Origin: an uncultured Verrucomicrobiae bacterium
Lineage (GTDB): Bacteria; Verrucomicrobiota; Verrucomicrobiia; Chthoniobacterales; UBA10450
Direction: 5' to 3'
Assembly: GCA_963772365.1 (NCBI GenBank)
Contig: CAVYXA010000001.1
Location: 1,376,001 to 1,440,000, forward strand
DNA length: 64,000 nt
Shown: positions 10,715 to 21,300 of the stretch, piece after piece
Position numbering within the stretch: position 1 is the first letter of the stretch
Layout: each line of letters begins with the position of its first letter
The notes under the pieces: model-generated
The model's database searches: none
Told to the model about the DNA's origin: nothing
What the model saw: the letters and a program-made list of their open reading frames with translations, nothing else
Position numbers and translations under genes: made by a program

Positions 10715-11104
10715 ATGGCCGAGCGCGCATTTGATTGGTTTAGACAAGCGGAGGCCGACTTGCGATTGGCTCGCAGCGCCCGCGACGCGGGTCATTACGA
10801 ATGGTCCGCCTTTGCCTGCCAGCAAGCCGCCGAGAAAGCCGTTAAGGCAGTATTTCAGCATTTGCACAAGGAAGCATGGGGCCATGTCTTGATTGCGCTT
10901 CTGGATGCGCTGCCAGCACAGGCCAAACCGAACGCCGAACTGATGGATCGTGCCCGCGTTCTCGACAGGCATTACATCCCTACGCGTTACCCAAGTGGCT
11001 TCGAACGCGGAGCTCCGGTCGATTTTTATTCGCAGAGAGATGCCAACGAAGCAATCGGACATGCCGAGGCCGTCCTTGAATTCTGTCGAAATCAAATCAG
11101 TTGA
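10715..11104 (+). CDS. HEPN domain protein
   Basis: W..QAEADL..A, FACQQAAEKAVKA, GHVL, YIPTRYP. Confidence 0.88.
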   Translation: MAERAFDWFRQAEADLRLARSARDAGHYEWSAFACQQAAEKAVKAVFQHLHKEAWGHVLIALLDALPAQAKPNAELMDRARVLDRHYIPTRYPSGFERGAPVDFYSQRDANEAIGHAEAVLEFCRNQIS

Positions 11105-11414
11105 TACGGCCCGCGTGCGCCGCTGGATGGACGAGTACGCAACGCAGTTACTGGCGACACATCCCGCCGTGGAAGAAATCGTTGTGTTCGGTTCCTTCGC
11201 GAATGAGACCTACGCCCCGGGCAGCGATCTCGACGTGTTCATCATTCTGAGCACAGCGCAAAAGAGCCCACGTGACCGGATGACGGATTTTTTCCCAAGC
11301 AAATTCCTAGTTCCGGTGGATGTATTTGCCTTCACTCGCACAGAGATGGCCGAGTTGGAACCCTCGCCTTTACTGGCGGCGGTCAGAAAGAGTGGCTGGC
11401 GTTACACGAGATAA
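11061..11414 (+). CDS. Minimal nucleotidyltransferase (MNT)
   Basis: FGSFANETYAPGSDLDV (GS-x10-DxD); overlaps the HEPN gene. The start was chosen at ATG 11061. Confidence 0.85.
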   Translation: MPRPSLNSVEIKSVDTARVRRWMDEYATQLLATHPAVEEIVVFGSFANETYAPGSDLDVFIILSTAQKSPRDRMTDFFPSKFLVPVDVFAFTRTEMAELEPSPLLAAVRKSGWRYTR

Positions 11415-11440
11415 GGAAAACAGAAGTGGAACATCAGAGA

Positions 11441-12427
11441 TCAAGAAATGAGAAGAACCGCCGTATTCTTGAGTTTGCCGGAACGGAATTTTTCCATGGC
11501 GATATTTGCTTCTTCGAGCCGAAAAGTTTCAGTCTGAGATTGAACGGGAATGCGCGGTGCGATTTTGAAAAATTCTTCTCCATCGCGTCGCGTGAGATTT
11601 GCCACCGAGGTAATTACGCGTTCGCCCCAAAGATCGCGATAGAGAAATGATGGGATGTCGCTCATATGAATCCCGCCGCAGATAACGATCCCGCCTTTTA
11701 CGAGCGCGCGCAGGGCCGTCGGAACCAGCGGCCCGACGGACGCGAAAATGATCGCGGCATCGAGCGGCTCCGGCGGTTGCTCATCGGAGCCGCCCGCCCA
11801 TTTTGCGCCTAGCTTTCTTGCGCTTTGTTGCGTTACCTCGTCGCCAGGTCGAGTGAAAGCGAAAAGCTCCCGGCCTTCATAAATCGCAATCTGCGCTATC
11901 AGATGCGCAGCGTTTCCGAAACCATAAATGCCGATCCGCCGCGCATCGCCAGTCTTGCGATAGGCGCGGTACCCAATCAGACCCGCGCAGAGAAATGGTG
12001 CAACATCGACGTCGCCATAGTTTTCCGACAGAGGAAAACAAAACCGGGCATCGGCCACGGCAAATTCCGCATAACCGCCATCGATCGTGTAGCCCGTGAA
12101 TTTTGCGTTATCGCAGAGGTTCTCCCGATTAGATCGACAATAAACGCACTCGCCGTCCGTCCACCCAAGCCACGGAACGCCGACCCGATCGCCGATGGAA
12201 AATCCACGGACACCATTGCCGATCTCTTCCACGCGTCCCACGATTTGATGCCCAAGAATCAGCGGCAACTTCGGCTCGGCCAATTCACCATCGACAATAT
12301 GCAAATCGGTCCGGCAAACCGCGCACGCAGCCACCCGCACAAGAAGTTGTCCCTTTGCCGCCTTGGGCTTCGGCACATCTCGCAACCGAAGCGGTTGCCG
12401 CGGCTTTTCGAGAATCATCGCGCGCAT
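11441..12427 (-). CDS. Zinc-dependent alcohol dehydrogenase family protein
   Basis: CRTDLH, GHQIVG, CVYC...ENLC, DGGYAE, GIYGFG. Confidence 0.93.
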   Translation of the reverse strand: MRAMILEKPRQPLRLRDVPKPKAAKGQLLVRVAACAVCRTDLHIVDGELAEPKLPLILGHQIVGRVEEIGNGVRGFSIGDRVGVPWLGWTDGECVYCRSNRENLCDNAKFTGYTIDGGYAEFAVADARFCFPLSENYGDVDVAPFLCAGLIGYRAYRKTGDARRIGIYGFGNAAHLIAQIAIYEGRELFAFTRPGDEVTQQSARKLGAKWAGGSDEQPPEPLDAAIIFASVGPLVPTALRALVKGGIVICGGIHMSDIPSFLYRDLWGERVITSVANLTRRDGEEFFKIAPRIPVQSQTETFRLEEANIAMEKFRSGKLKNTAVLLIS

Positions 12428-12509
12428 ACTGCCAAAACATATATGTCAGCATCTCATTACTCCAACCGAGTGGACACGGCGCGAACTTCGAACTTCGCCA
12501 ACCGCTCAA

Positions 12510-13223
12510 TCAGGGCCGATGGTGTTGCTGATATTCCGCAAGCCGCCTTTTCGCCTGTTGCAATTCCTGCTCGGTGTATTTTCCGCTTTGGATTGCTCGC
12601 TCCTCGTATTTAATGGCATTCTCGTAATCGCCATTCTCGGCATAAGCCAGCGCTAGCGTGCCCATGTACCTCGCTTTGCCCCGATCCAAATTGCACGCTT
12701 GCCTGGCATCAGCGAGGGCCTGTTTTAAGTCGTGAATGCTGCCGTCTCGACAACTCATCCGAAGTAATGCTCGCTCGTTCAGGGCGATCGCATTGACTTC
12801 AGCGTAGCTGTGGAAAGAGAGAATTTTGTTGAGATCATTCAGCGCGTCCTGACATCGGCCAAGGTTACGATAGATCTCGGCTCGAAGCGTAAATGTCCGA
12901 TAAAAATCCGGCCGTAAACGCGAGGCGATATTGCAATCTGCCAGCGCGGCTTTGGGTTGGCCGGCGGCGAGAGAAAGTCCCGCCCGATCGAGATATGCAG
13001 GCCACATGGTTTTGTCGATCTGAATCGCCTTATCAAAACAAAAGCGCGCACCTTTCATATCACCTTTCTGGGATAACTCGATGCCATGGTTGACGTAGTT
13101 AATAGCTTGAGCGTCAAAACGACCGTGAGGATCCATCATGAATACGTCCTTTTTGTCGGCCTTACTCGTGGCTCCAGCGAGACTAATGGCCAGAACGATC
13201 GCGAATTGGTGTTTTAGATTCAT
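12510..13223 (-). CDS. Exported tetratricopeptide-repeat protein
   Basis: Signal-peptide-like N terminus; repeated TPR patterns (AYLDRA, ALADCN.A, LALAYAENGDY..A). Confidence 0.8.
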   Translation of the reverse strand: MNLKHQFAIVLAISLAGATSKADKKDVFMMDPHGRFDAQAINYVNHGIELSQKGDMKGARFCFDKAIQIDKTMWPAYLDRAGLSLAAGQPKAALADCNIASRLRPDFYRTFTLRAEIYRNLGRCQDALNDLNKILSFHSYAEVNAIALNERALLRMSCRDGSIHDLKQALADARQACNLDRGKARYMGTLALAYAENGDYENAIKYEERAIQSGKYTEQELQQAKRRLAEYQQHHRP

Positions 13224-13317
13224 GGTTCAGCTTCGAGCCGTTCTAAACCGGGCGACCGGAATTGACACGCGAAAACTGCGACGGACGCGATCCGTCCGAC
13301 GCGGCAGCAGCGCTTCG

Positions 13318-14832
13318 TCAAACCTGCGCGAGCGGTGATTCTGCGGGGCCGGCGATGACTTCGCCGGTGGGTTTGAATCGGGAGCCGTGACAGGGGCAAT
13401 CCCAGGTCGATTCGGCGCTGTTCCAACGAACGATGCACCCGAGATGTGGGCAAATCGCGCTGCGTTTTTGCACTTCGCCGTTTGAATCGCGATACGCGGC
13501 GATCTTTTTTCCATTCAATTTCAGGATCATTCCGGAATTGCGCTCCAATTCCCGCACCGAATCGCCTTCCGCTCGCGCGAGCCGATCCTTGATCATGTAA
13601 TACGGATAATCCGCGTTCTCCTTCACATAATCCCAGGCGCCGCCGCGGATCACTTTTCGATCGACATCGAAAAGATCGCGCCACGGATTCTTGCGGCCAG
13701 TCGCCCAATCGCGCGCCATCATCGCCGAGACCGTTCCAAAAGTAATTCCGTTGCCGCAAAAACCGGTGGCGATGAACTGACCGGGCGCGTTTTCACCGAT
13801 GAATGGTAGCCCGTCATTAGTCTCGATCACCTGACCGGACCAGCGATGCTCAATCTGCGCTTCCGGCGCGAATTTCTTCAAATGCATAACGAGGCGGCCA
13901 TAACAATTCTCCGTGTTCGTGACCTGACCGGTCTTGTGATCTTCGCCGCCGAAGATCGCGTAATCGAAATCATCGTCTCGATGGACGCGCAGATAATTGT
14001 AAGGATCGGCCGTGTCCCAAAACAGCGCGATGGGCAATGAATCCCGCGGGATCCGCGCTCCCAGCGCATAGCTGCTGTAGAGCGAAAGTTTCGTCTGAAA
14101 AACCGTGGCGCTACTGAGATCACTCAGCCCGACCAGTGGATTGTTCGTTGCCAGAATCAGACGATCAAATGTGATCCAATGCCCGTTCACTTTCACGCGG
14201 CGTTTCTCGGAATCGAATTCCTCCGCAGAGCTTTTTTCGAAAACGTCCGCGCCGCGTTCAACGATCTTTGCCGCTAACGGGCCGAGATATTTTCGCGGAT
14301 GAAACTCAGCCTGATCGGCGAAGCGAACGCCCGGCACGTTAAAAACCGGCACCGACTTGACCATGATGGCATCAAACCCGAGCTCCTGCGCGAGCTTTGC
14401 GTCCTGTTGCACTTCCGCACGATCGCTTTCACTCGGCTCGGCAAAAACCGATTCGTGAAAGTAACCGGGCACGCGGGTGAGTCGACACTCAATCTTTTCC
14501 TTATTTACAACGCGCTCGATCTCGTCGATTGCCGCAGCGCCGGCATCCCATACGGCTCGCGCGTGATCAGGTCCGAAGCGTTTCACCAGCCTTTGGAGCG
14601 GCGTGTCGGTAACGTAAGTCAGATGCGCCGTCGTATGCCCGGTATCAATTGAGGCGATTCCCTCCCGCTCGATCAAAGCGATTCGCAACCCGGCTTCCTG
14701 CAACAGATACGCCGTGGTCACTCCGGTCACGCCACCGCCGACGACCAATACATCTACTTCCAAGTCGGAGCGCAGTGGTGGAAAAGGACCGATCTGCATC
14801 GTGTCGATCCAATACGGCACATTTTTCATCAC
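13318..14832 (-). CDS. FAD-dependent oxidoreductase with C-terminal Rieske [2Fe-2S] domain (YhfW-like)
   Basis: VVGGGVTG, TGHTTAH, CPHLGC...WDCPCHGSRF. Confidence 0.93.
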   Translation of the reverse strand: MMKNVPYWIDTMQIGPFPPLRSDLEVDVLVVGGGVTGVTTAYLLQEAGLRIALIEREGIASIDTGHTTAHLTYVTDTPLQRLVKRFGPDHARAVWDAGAAAIDEIERVVNKEKIECRLTRVPGYFHESVFAEPSESDRAEVQQDAKLAQELGFDAIMVKSVPVFNVPGVRFADQAEFHPRKYLGPLAAKIVERGADVFEKSSAEEFDSEKRRVKVNGHWITFDRLILATNNPLVGLSDLSSATVFQTKLSLYSSYALGARIPRDSLPIALFWDTADPYNYLRVHRDDDFDYAIFGGEDHKTGQVTNTENCYGRLVMHLKKFAPEAQIEHRWSGQVIETNDGLPFIGENAPGQFIATGFCGNGITFGTVSAMMARDWATGRKNPWRDLFDVDRKVIRGGAWDYVKENADYPYYMIKDRLARAEGDSVRELERNSGMILKLNGKKIAAYRDSNGEVQKRSAICPHLGCIVRWNSAESTWDCPCHGSRFKPTGEVIAGPAESPLAQV

Positions 14833-14857
14833 CCATACTTTGCGTCTGCAGCGGGGA

Positions 14858-15892
14858 TTAGCGTGTGATAAAAATCCTTTTTGCCCGGCGGCGAGCGTGT
14901 CGATCCTGCGGCAGATTCACTTTTGCCACGCCGCCATCACGATCCAAAAGCGAGCGAACACGCTCAACGATCTCAAAGCTCACATTCGGAATATTATGCG
15001 CGCGCAGCCATCCCAGAATTCGCCGACGCTGAACTGCCACGGTCAGGGCGCGCAGCTTTTCCACTGGAAGATCGATCTCGTTCCCGTAGGGCAATTGATT
15101 ATCGATCCAACTTTCTTCTTCGGCCAGAATGGTCGCCGTTCGCCAAATGTTCTGGCGAATATTCCGCCCCACTTCTTTTTCGAGATATGGAATGATTTTG
15201 CGGCGAAACCTATTTCGAAGTGGCCCCAAACTCTTGTTGGATGCGTCTTCCCGGAATTTCAGTCGATGCACACGAATGTATCTGTCGATATCAGTGCGCC
15301 AGATGCCAAGCAGCGGTCGGACAATTGTAAGATCGACATCGTCCACCCGACGCGTGGAAATCTCGCGCATGGCGGCAAGGCCGCTGGTGCCGGCACCGCG
15401 GAACAAGTTGATCAGAAATGTCTCGACAAGATCGTCAGCGTGGTGACCGAGAAAAATCGTGCGACATCGACGACGTTTCGCGATCCGCGCGAAGAAAGAA
15501 TAGCGCGCTTCGCGCCCGGCGGCTTCGATCGACATCTTTCTTTCTTTCGCAAGCGTGCGCACATTCGCCGAGCCGAGCGCAAACTCGAGATGCCCCAATC
15601 GCATTGTAGGGCGAGCGCTTCGCTTGCCCGCGCGACTCGGCAGGCGGAGCGCCTGCCCTACAGTTTTGGCGTTGTAATTGGCGATGAGCCTTTCGACAAA
15701 GCGCGCGTCGGCATCGCTCGATCGTCCGCGAAGCTGATGGTTAAAATGGCAGACGATCAGTTTCTGATAACCAAGATCGACAAGGTAATGCAGCAGCGCT
15801 ACGGAATCGCGTCCGCCGGAAACGCCGATCAGGTATCGCTTCTCCCGCGGTAACCCGCGAAGCACAGCTGACTTATTTTGAATCCAATTCAT
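14858..15892 (-). CDS. tilS: tRNA(Ile)-lysidine synthetase, carrying an in-frame palindromic insert
   Basis: GVSGGRDS, HFNHQLRG, EAAGREARY, GHHADDLVET, RPLL, EDASN, RNRFR. Confidence 0.93.
   Translation of the reverse strand: MNWIQNKSAVLRGLPREKRYLIGVSGGRDSVALLHYLVDLGYQKLIVCHFNHQLRGRSSDADARFVERLIANYNAKTVGQALRLPSRAGKRSARPTMRLGHLEFALGSANVRTLAKERKMSIEAAGREARYSFFARIAKRRRCRTIFLGHHADDLVETFLINLFRGAGTSGLAAMREISTRRVDDVDLTIVRPLLGIWRTDIDRYIRVHRLKFREDASNKSLGPLRNRFRRKIIPYLEKEVGRNIRQNIWRTATILAEEESWIDNQLPYGNEIDLPVEKLRALTVAVQRRRILGWLRAHNIPNVSFEIVERVRSLLDRDGGVAKVNLPQDRHARRRAKRIFITR
15605..15662. repeat. GTAG-type REP doublet inside tilS
   Basis: TGTAGGGCGAGCGCTTCGCTTGCCC ... GGCAGGCGGAGCGCCTGCCCTACA; close relative of the intergenic copy at 27717. 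Confidence 0.85.
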
Positions 15893-15989
15893 TCCGTAGC
15901 CGCATCGAACGTTTAGAGATTCAAGATGAATGATCCAATGTTTAGACAAAAGGAGAACCCGGCGACGTTTGAAGGGAAAGGAAGAACTT

Positions 15990-16220
15990 ATGAATAGGGC
16001 AATGGAAACTACTTATGCACTGTTGATTCGCTCAGAAGAAGTGGGACGCAGCATCGTGGAGACAATAGTGTATGCGGTGCTCGGGTTGAGCGTGATCGTG
16101 TCGATCCTGCTCTTCGTTCAGCAGCAGGACCGGGTGCCGGCGAGTCTGACATCACAGACCTATGGTATTCCGCACTTTACGCAGCACCAAGCGATGCCGG
16201 TTTTGAGCAGGAAATCCTAA
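15990..16220 (+). CDS. Small hypothetical membrane protein
   Basis: 76 aa with one TM helix; purine-rich RBS-like sequence upstream. Confidence 0.55.
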   Translation: MNRAMETTYALLIRSEEVGRSIVETIVYAVLGLSVIVSILLFVQQQDRVPASLTSQTYGIPHFTQHQAMPVLSRKS

Positions 16221-16283
16221 AGGATCTTCCAGAGCGTTTACCTTGCTCCGAATCGAGGAACGAATGACGGGCAAAGAGCGGAT

Positions 16284-16308
16284 TTGACAATGAATGAACG
16301 TTCATTCA
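16284..16308 (+). promoter_or_regulatory. TTGACA -35 box followed by a perfect 18-bp palindrome; probable TetR operator
   Basis: TTGACA at 16284, TGAATGAACGTTCATTCA at 16291-16308, immediately upstream of the tetR-family gene. Confidence 0.8.
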
Positions 16309-16321
16309 CATTGCCAGCCTT

Positions 16322-16954
16322 ATGTCCCAAGCCCAGGTCGAGCCATCCTCTTCAGATCGCCCAACCCAGATCCTCGAAGCTGCCCTCGTTTGCTTTGCCA
16401 AACGCGGGTTCCATCAAACCAGTATGCATGACATCAGCGCCGAGGCTGGAATTAGCGTTGGCCTGATCTATCGCTATTTCGAAAACAAGGACGCCGTTAT
16501 CTCGGCGATGGCAGCGCGTCACAAAAATGAGATCCAAGAGATGCTGGAGCGCGCCCGCCACGCTCCGACGTTGCTTGAGTCGCTGGAAATTCTTTTTACC
16601 GCGCATTGCTGCGAGGAGGAGCCGCGGCTGGTCTCGGCTTTCGTTGTCGATCTTTACGCAGAAGCTTCCCGCAACCCCGGCATGGCTGATTTGGTGAGAG
16701 ACGTTTTGAAAACAGCCATGGATGGTGTGACGGATTTAATTTCTCGCGCGCCGGAAACACGTGAGGTAGCACGCGATCTGGCTCCGGCAGAATTGGCCGA
16801 ATTAATTTTTGCAGTCGCTCGAGGAATGCTCATGTTGGATGTGCTGCGTCCGCCAGAAATGACCGCTGCCGAGCGGCGGACGCGACAGCTCGCCGTAACT
16901 CGTATGTTATGGCGCTTGCTCTTCAACCCGGAGACCGAACCCACTTATGCATGA
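16322..16954 (+). CDS. TetR/AcrR family transcriptional regulator
   Basis: ILEAALVCFAKRGFHQTSMHDISAEAGISVGLIYRYFENK helix-turn-helix. Confidence 0.95.
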   Translation: MSQAQVEPSSSDRPTQILEAALVCFAKRGFHQTSMHDISAEAGISVGLIYRYFENKDAVISAMAARHKNEIQEMLERARHAPTLLESLEILFTAHCCEEEPRLVSAFVVDLYAEASRNPGMADLVRDVLKTAMDGVTDLISRAPETREVARDLAPAELAELIFAVARGMLMLDVLRPPEMTAAERRTRQLAVTRMLWRLLFNPETEPTYA

Positions 16955-18278
16955 CGTAGCCAAACCCAGAACCATCGAAAATCGATTCAAATCGATCGGC
17001 AAAAAAATTTTCCTGCTGATCGTGTTAGTCGTGGCTTTGCTGGGCCTGATCATCGTGCTCAAGCTGCTGGGCTTTGGAGTTATGCCCATCATCGTCACGG
17101 TTTTTACTTTTCTCGTGATACTCTTCGGCATTTTGTCGTTTCGCCGATTTCGCCGCAGCCGAACCACATCCGGGGCGGTGTTCGCGGTTCTCGGTCTGCT
17201 CTGCCTGCTTCTGGATGTAAAAGCGATGCAGTTCAACAAGATGATGTCTTCCCCTATGCAGATGCCTCCCACGACGGTATCGAGCACAGTAGTGAAAGAG
17301 GAAGACTGGGCGCCGGTGTTTTCATCAGTTGGAAGTATTTCGGCTGTGCAAGGCGCGGTCGTTTCGACTGAATTGGGCGGCGTTGTCGCTGAAATAGGGT
17401 TTCAAAATGGTGGCGAGGCGAAAAAAGGTGACGTGCTCATGAGACTCGATGCATCGGCTGAAGAAGGGCAGCTGAAAACTGCGGAGGCGGATTTGGAATT
17501 GGCCCGGTCGGATTTGGAACGCGCGCACGATCTGGCGAAGCGGAAAGTGATTTCGAAAGCGGAACTCGACAGTGCCGAATCGAAATTCAAGCAAAAGGAA
17601 GGCGCCGTTGAACAGATGCGTTCGATGATTAGCAAGAAGGAAGTTCGGGCGCCTTTCGATGGGCAACTTGGCATTCGCCAGGTCAACGTGGGCCAGACGA
17701 TTAATGCTGGTCAGCAACTTGTCGCGCTGACCTCGCTCGATCCGGTGTATGTCGATTTTGCTTTGCCGCAACAAGACTTGCCAAAAATTTCCACCGGAGT
17801 TGAAGCCCGGGTCCATTCGGACGCGCTGCCGGGCCAGGAATTCAACGGCAAACTTACGGCGATCAATTCGGTCGTTGATGCGGCAACGCGAAATGTGATG
17901 CTCCAGGCAACGCTCGAAAATCCCGACCACGCGTTGCGACCAGGAATGTTCGTCAAGATCGACGTCGTGCTGCCGGAGAAAAAGAAGACGCTCGCAATTC
18001 CGGGTAGCGCAGTTTCGTATGCGCCTTACGGCGACTCCGTATTTGTGATTGAGAAGAAGAAAGATCCGAAAACGGGCAAGGAATCGCAGGAAATTCGGCA
18101 GCAGTTTGTTCGGATCGGCGAGGCGCGCGGCGACTTTGTTGCAGTGATGGAAGGATTAAAAGCCGGCCAAACGGTTGTCAGCACGGGGGTTTTCAAACTG
18201 CGTAATGGAATGGCGGTCACAATCAACAATGACCTCGCGCCAAAGCCGCAGTTGAATCCAAAACCGGTCGATTCATGA
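16947..18278 (+). CDS. RND efflux periplasmic adaptor subunit
   Basis: VSTELGGVV, KKGDVL, RAPFDGQLG, LRPGMF; extended hydrophobic N terminus. Confidence 0.93.
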   Translation: MHDVAKPRTIENRFKSIGKKIFLLIVLVVALLGLIIVLKLLGFGVMPIIVTVFTFLVILFGILSFRRFRRSRTTSGAVFAVLGLLCLLLDVKAMQFNKMMSSPMQMPPTTVSSTVVKEEDWAPVFSSVGSISAVQGAVVSTELGGVVAEIGFQNGGEAKKGDVLMRLDASAEEGQLKTAEADLELARSDLERAHDLAKRKVISKAELDSAESKFKQKEGAVEQMRSMISKKEVRAPFDGQLGIRQVNVGQTINAGQQLVALTSLDPVYVDFALPQQDLPKISTGVEARVHSDALPGQEFNGKLTAINSVVDAATRNVMLQATLENPDHALRPGMFVKIDVVLPEKKKTLAIPGSAVSYAPYGDSVFVIEKKKDPKTGKESQEIRQQFVRIGEARGDFVAVMEGLKAGQTVVSTGVFKLRNGMAVTINNDLAPKPQLNPKPVDS

Positions 18279-18297
18279 TTAGAAAGAATCGAAATTT

Positions 18298-18363
18298 GTT
18301 ACATCGTTCCATCGTTCAATCGGGCTGCCGATTTAACGTTTCAACGTTTCAACGATTCAACGA
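18298..18363. repeat. Degenerate 8-mer tandem repeats arranged as an inverted pair
   Basis: ATCGTTCC ATCGTTCA ATCGG ... CCGATTTAA CGTTTCAA CGTTTCAA CGATTCAA CGA. Confidence 0.65.
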
Positions 18364-18372
18364 AGCCGAGTC

Positions 18373-21300
18373 ATGAAATCGTTTACCGATCTTTTCATCA
18401 AGCGACCGGTGCTGGCGATTGTCGTCAGCCTGGTGATTCTCATCGCCGGATTGCAGGCGATTAAGACGATCAACGTCCGGCAATATCCGCGCAGCGACAT
18501 TGCCTCGATCACGGTCACGACTGTTTACGTCGGCGCGGATGCGGAACTCGTTCGTGGATTCATCACCACGCCGATCGAGCGGGCGATCGCGGCGGCCGAC
18601 GGCATCGATTACATCCAGTCCCAAAGCACACAGGGACTCTCGACGATCACTGCGCGCTTGAAGCTGAACTACGACGCAAACAAAGCGCTGTCAGACATCA
18701 GCTCAAGGGTTACTGCGATTCGGAACAATCTCCCGCCGGAATCACAGATTCCGGTCATCGCGATTCAGGCGGCTGATTCACAATTTGCTTCGGCGTATTT
18801 GAGTTTCACTTCGAATATTCTCCAGCCAAACGAAGTCACCGATTATCTGGTTCGGCTGGTGCAACCGCGATTGACCGCAGTGAGCGGCGTGCAGAAAGCG
18901 GACATTTTGGGCGGACGCACGTTTGCCATGCGGATCTGGATGAAGCCGGACCGAATGGCGGCGTTGAACATTTCGCCGAGTGACGTTCGCAGTGCCCTGT
19001 CCAAAAATAATTTCCTTGCCGCTGTCGGCAGCACCAAAGGTTCGCTGCTTCAGGTCAACCTGACCGCGAACACAGATCTGCACACGGCTGATCAATTCAA
19101 ACAACTCGTAGTCAAACAGGACAAGGACACGCTAGTCAGGCTGGGTGACATCGCCGACGTCGTTCTCGGGGCGGAAGATTACAACACGGAAGTTCGTTTC
19201 TCCGGGCAGAAAGCGGTCTTCATGGGCATCTGGGTTCTGCCAAACGCGAACTCTGTCGAAGTAGTCAAAAACGTTCGCGCCGAGCTCGATCAAATTAAAA
19301 AAGAACTTCCCACCGGCATGCAGGCCGAGATGGCCTACGACGCCACCGCTTACATCAACGACGCCATTCACGAAGTCGTAAAGACGCTCATCGACACATT
19401 GCTCATCGTGATGCTCGTTATCTTTTTGTTCCTTGGTTCGCTGCGGTCCGTAATCGTGCCCGTGGTCGCGATCCCTATTTCTCTCATCGGTGCGCTGTTT
19501 TTGATGCAGGTGTTTGGTTTTACGCTCAACCTGCTCACGCTCCTCGCGATTGTCCTGTCGGTCGGATTGGTCGTGGACGACGCGATTGTTGTCGTCGAAA
19601 ACGTCGAACGTCACATCGCGGAAGGAATGTCGCGCATGCAAGCGGCCCTGGTCGGCGCACGCGAATTAATCGGCCCGATCATCGCGATGACGATTACTCT
19701 GGCCGCCGTTTACACGCCAATCGCACTGCAGGGCGGATTGACTGGCGCCCTGTTCCGAGAATTTGCACTCACTTTGGCAGGCGCGGTTTTCATTTCCGGT
19801 GTCGTTGCATTGGTGTTGTCACCGATGATGTCGTCATATCTTTTGCCGCCGCACCACATCGAACATGGATTCAAAGGCTGGGTCGACCGGACGTTTGATC
19901 GATTCCGCGACTGGTACGGAAATCATCTGGACCGGACCCTTCAAGCCCGCCGCGCAGCTTACATTATCTGGGGGGGAATTTCCGCGCTCGCCATTTTGAT
20001 GTTCCTCGCGATTCCGAAAGTGGCGACTAAGGAATTGGCGCCGAAAGAAGATCAGGGAGTGATTTTTGGGATCATGACTGCGCCGGCCAACGCAACTATC
20101 GACGACACGATTCGCTATGCCGACGCCGCCGGAAAGATTTTCAAAGATATCCCGGACACGCGTTTCACGTTTCAAATCACAAATCCGAGCGGTGGTTTTG
20201 GTGGAATGGTCTTAAAGCCGTGGGGCACCCGCACAACGCCGACGAAAGATTATCTGCCCATTGTGCAGAAGAAGCTCGCCGCCATCCCCGCGATTCAAAT
20301 GTTCCCGATCATGCCTGAGGCGCTTCCGGGCAGCGATAATTTTCCGGTAAGCTTCGTGATAGCTTCGACAGCGGACCAGGAACGCATTTTGGAGTTTGCC
20401 AAGCAGATCTTCCAAAAGGCAATGCAGGCGCACGTATTCCAGTTTGGCGATATCGACACCAAGATCGACCAGCCTCAGGCCCAGATCGTTCTGGATCATG
20501 ACAAGATCTCGACCATGGGACTCAGTATGCAACAGATCGGGGCGGACCTTTCGGCCAGCATCGGCGGCAATTACGTCAACTGGTTCAACATGGAAGGATT
20601 GAGTTATAAAGTCATTCCGCAGATCAAACGCGTGGACCGATTAAACCCGGAGCAGCTGAAGAACATTTATGTGACCGGCCCCGATAATCATCTGATCCCT
20701 CTTAGCACGATCGCTCACATCAAGCATCGGACCGTCGCTCGCTCATTGAATCGAATGCAACAGCTGAACGCTGTCACGATCAGTGGCGTCCCGGCCGGTT
20801 CCGTGGATTCCACGCTGAAGTTTCTGGAAAACGAAGCCCACAATATTCTGCCGGCGGGTTACGTGATCGATTACACGGGCGGTTCTCGCCAGCTTCGACT
20901 TGAAGGAAACAATTTTGCCAGCGTCTTTCTGCTTGCCATTGTGCTGATCTTTCTTGTTCTCGCGGCGCAGTTTAACAGTTTCCGCGATCCGTTGATCATT
21001 CTGCTTGGCTCAGTGCCGCTGGCGATGTTCGGGGCGGCGATTTTCATGTTCTTGAAGATGCCGTTCGGACAATTTTTTACCGATCACTTCACCACATCCT
21101 TCAACATCTACTCGCAGGTCGGTCTGGTCACGCTGGTTGGTCTCGTTTCCAAGAACGGAATTCTAATCGTGCAGTTCGCAAATGAGTTGCAACGCGGCGG
21201 GATGACCAAGATTGTCGCCGTCGCCCAGGCCGCACGAATTCGTTTGCGACCGATTATGATGACCAGTGTTGCGACTGTCGCAGGTCACTTCCCATTAACA

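Noticed and set aside
14714..15853. Long plus-strand ORF (379 aa) and similar antisense ORFs throughout the window
   Set aside because: They are shadows of well-supported genes on the opposite strand and have no recognisable motifs.
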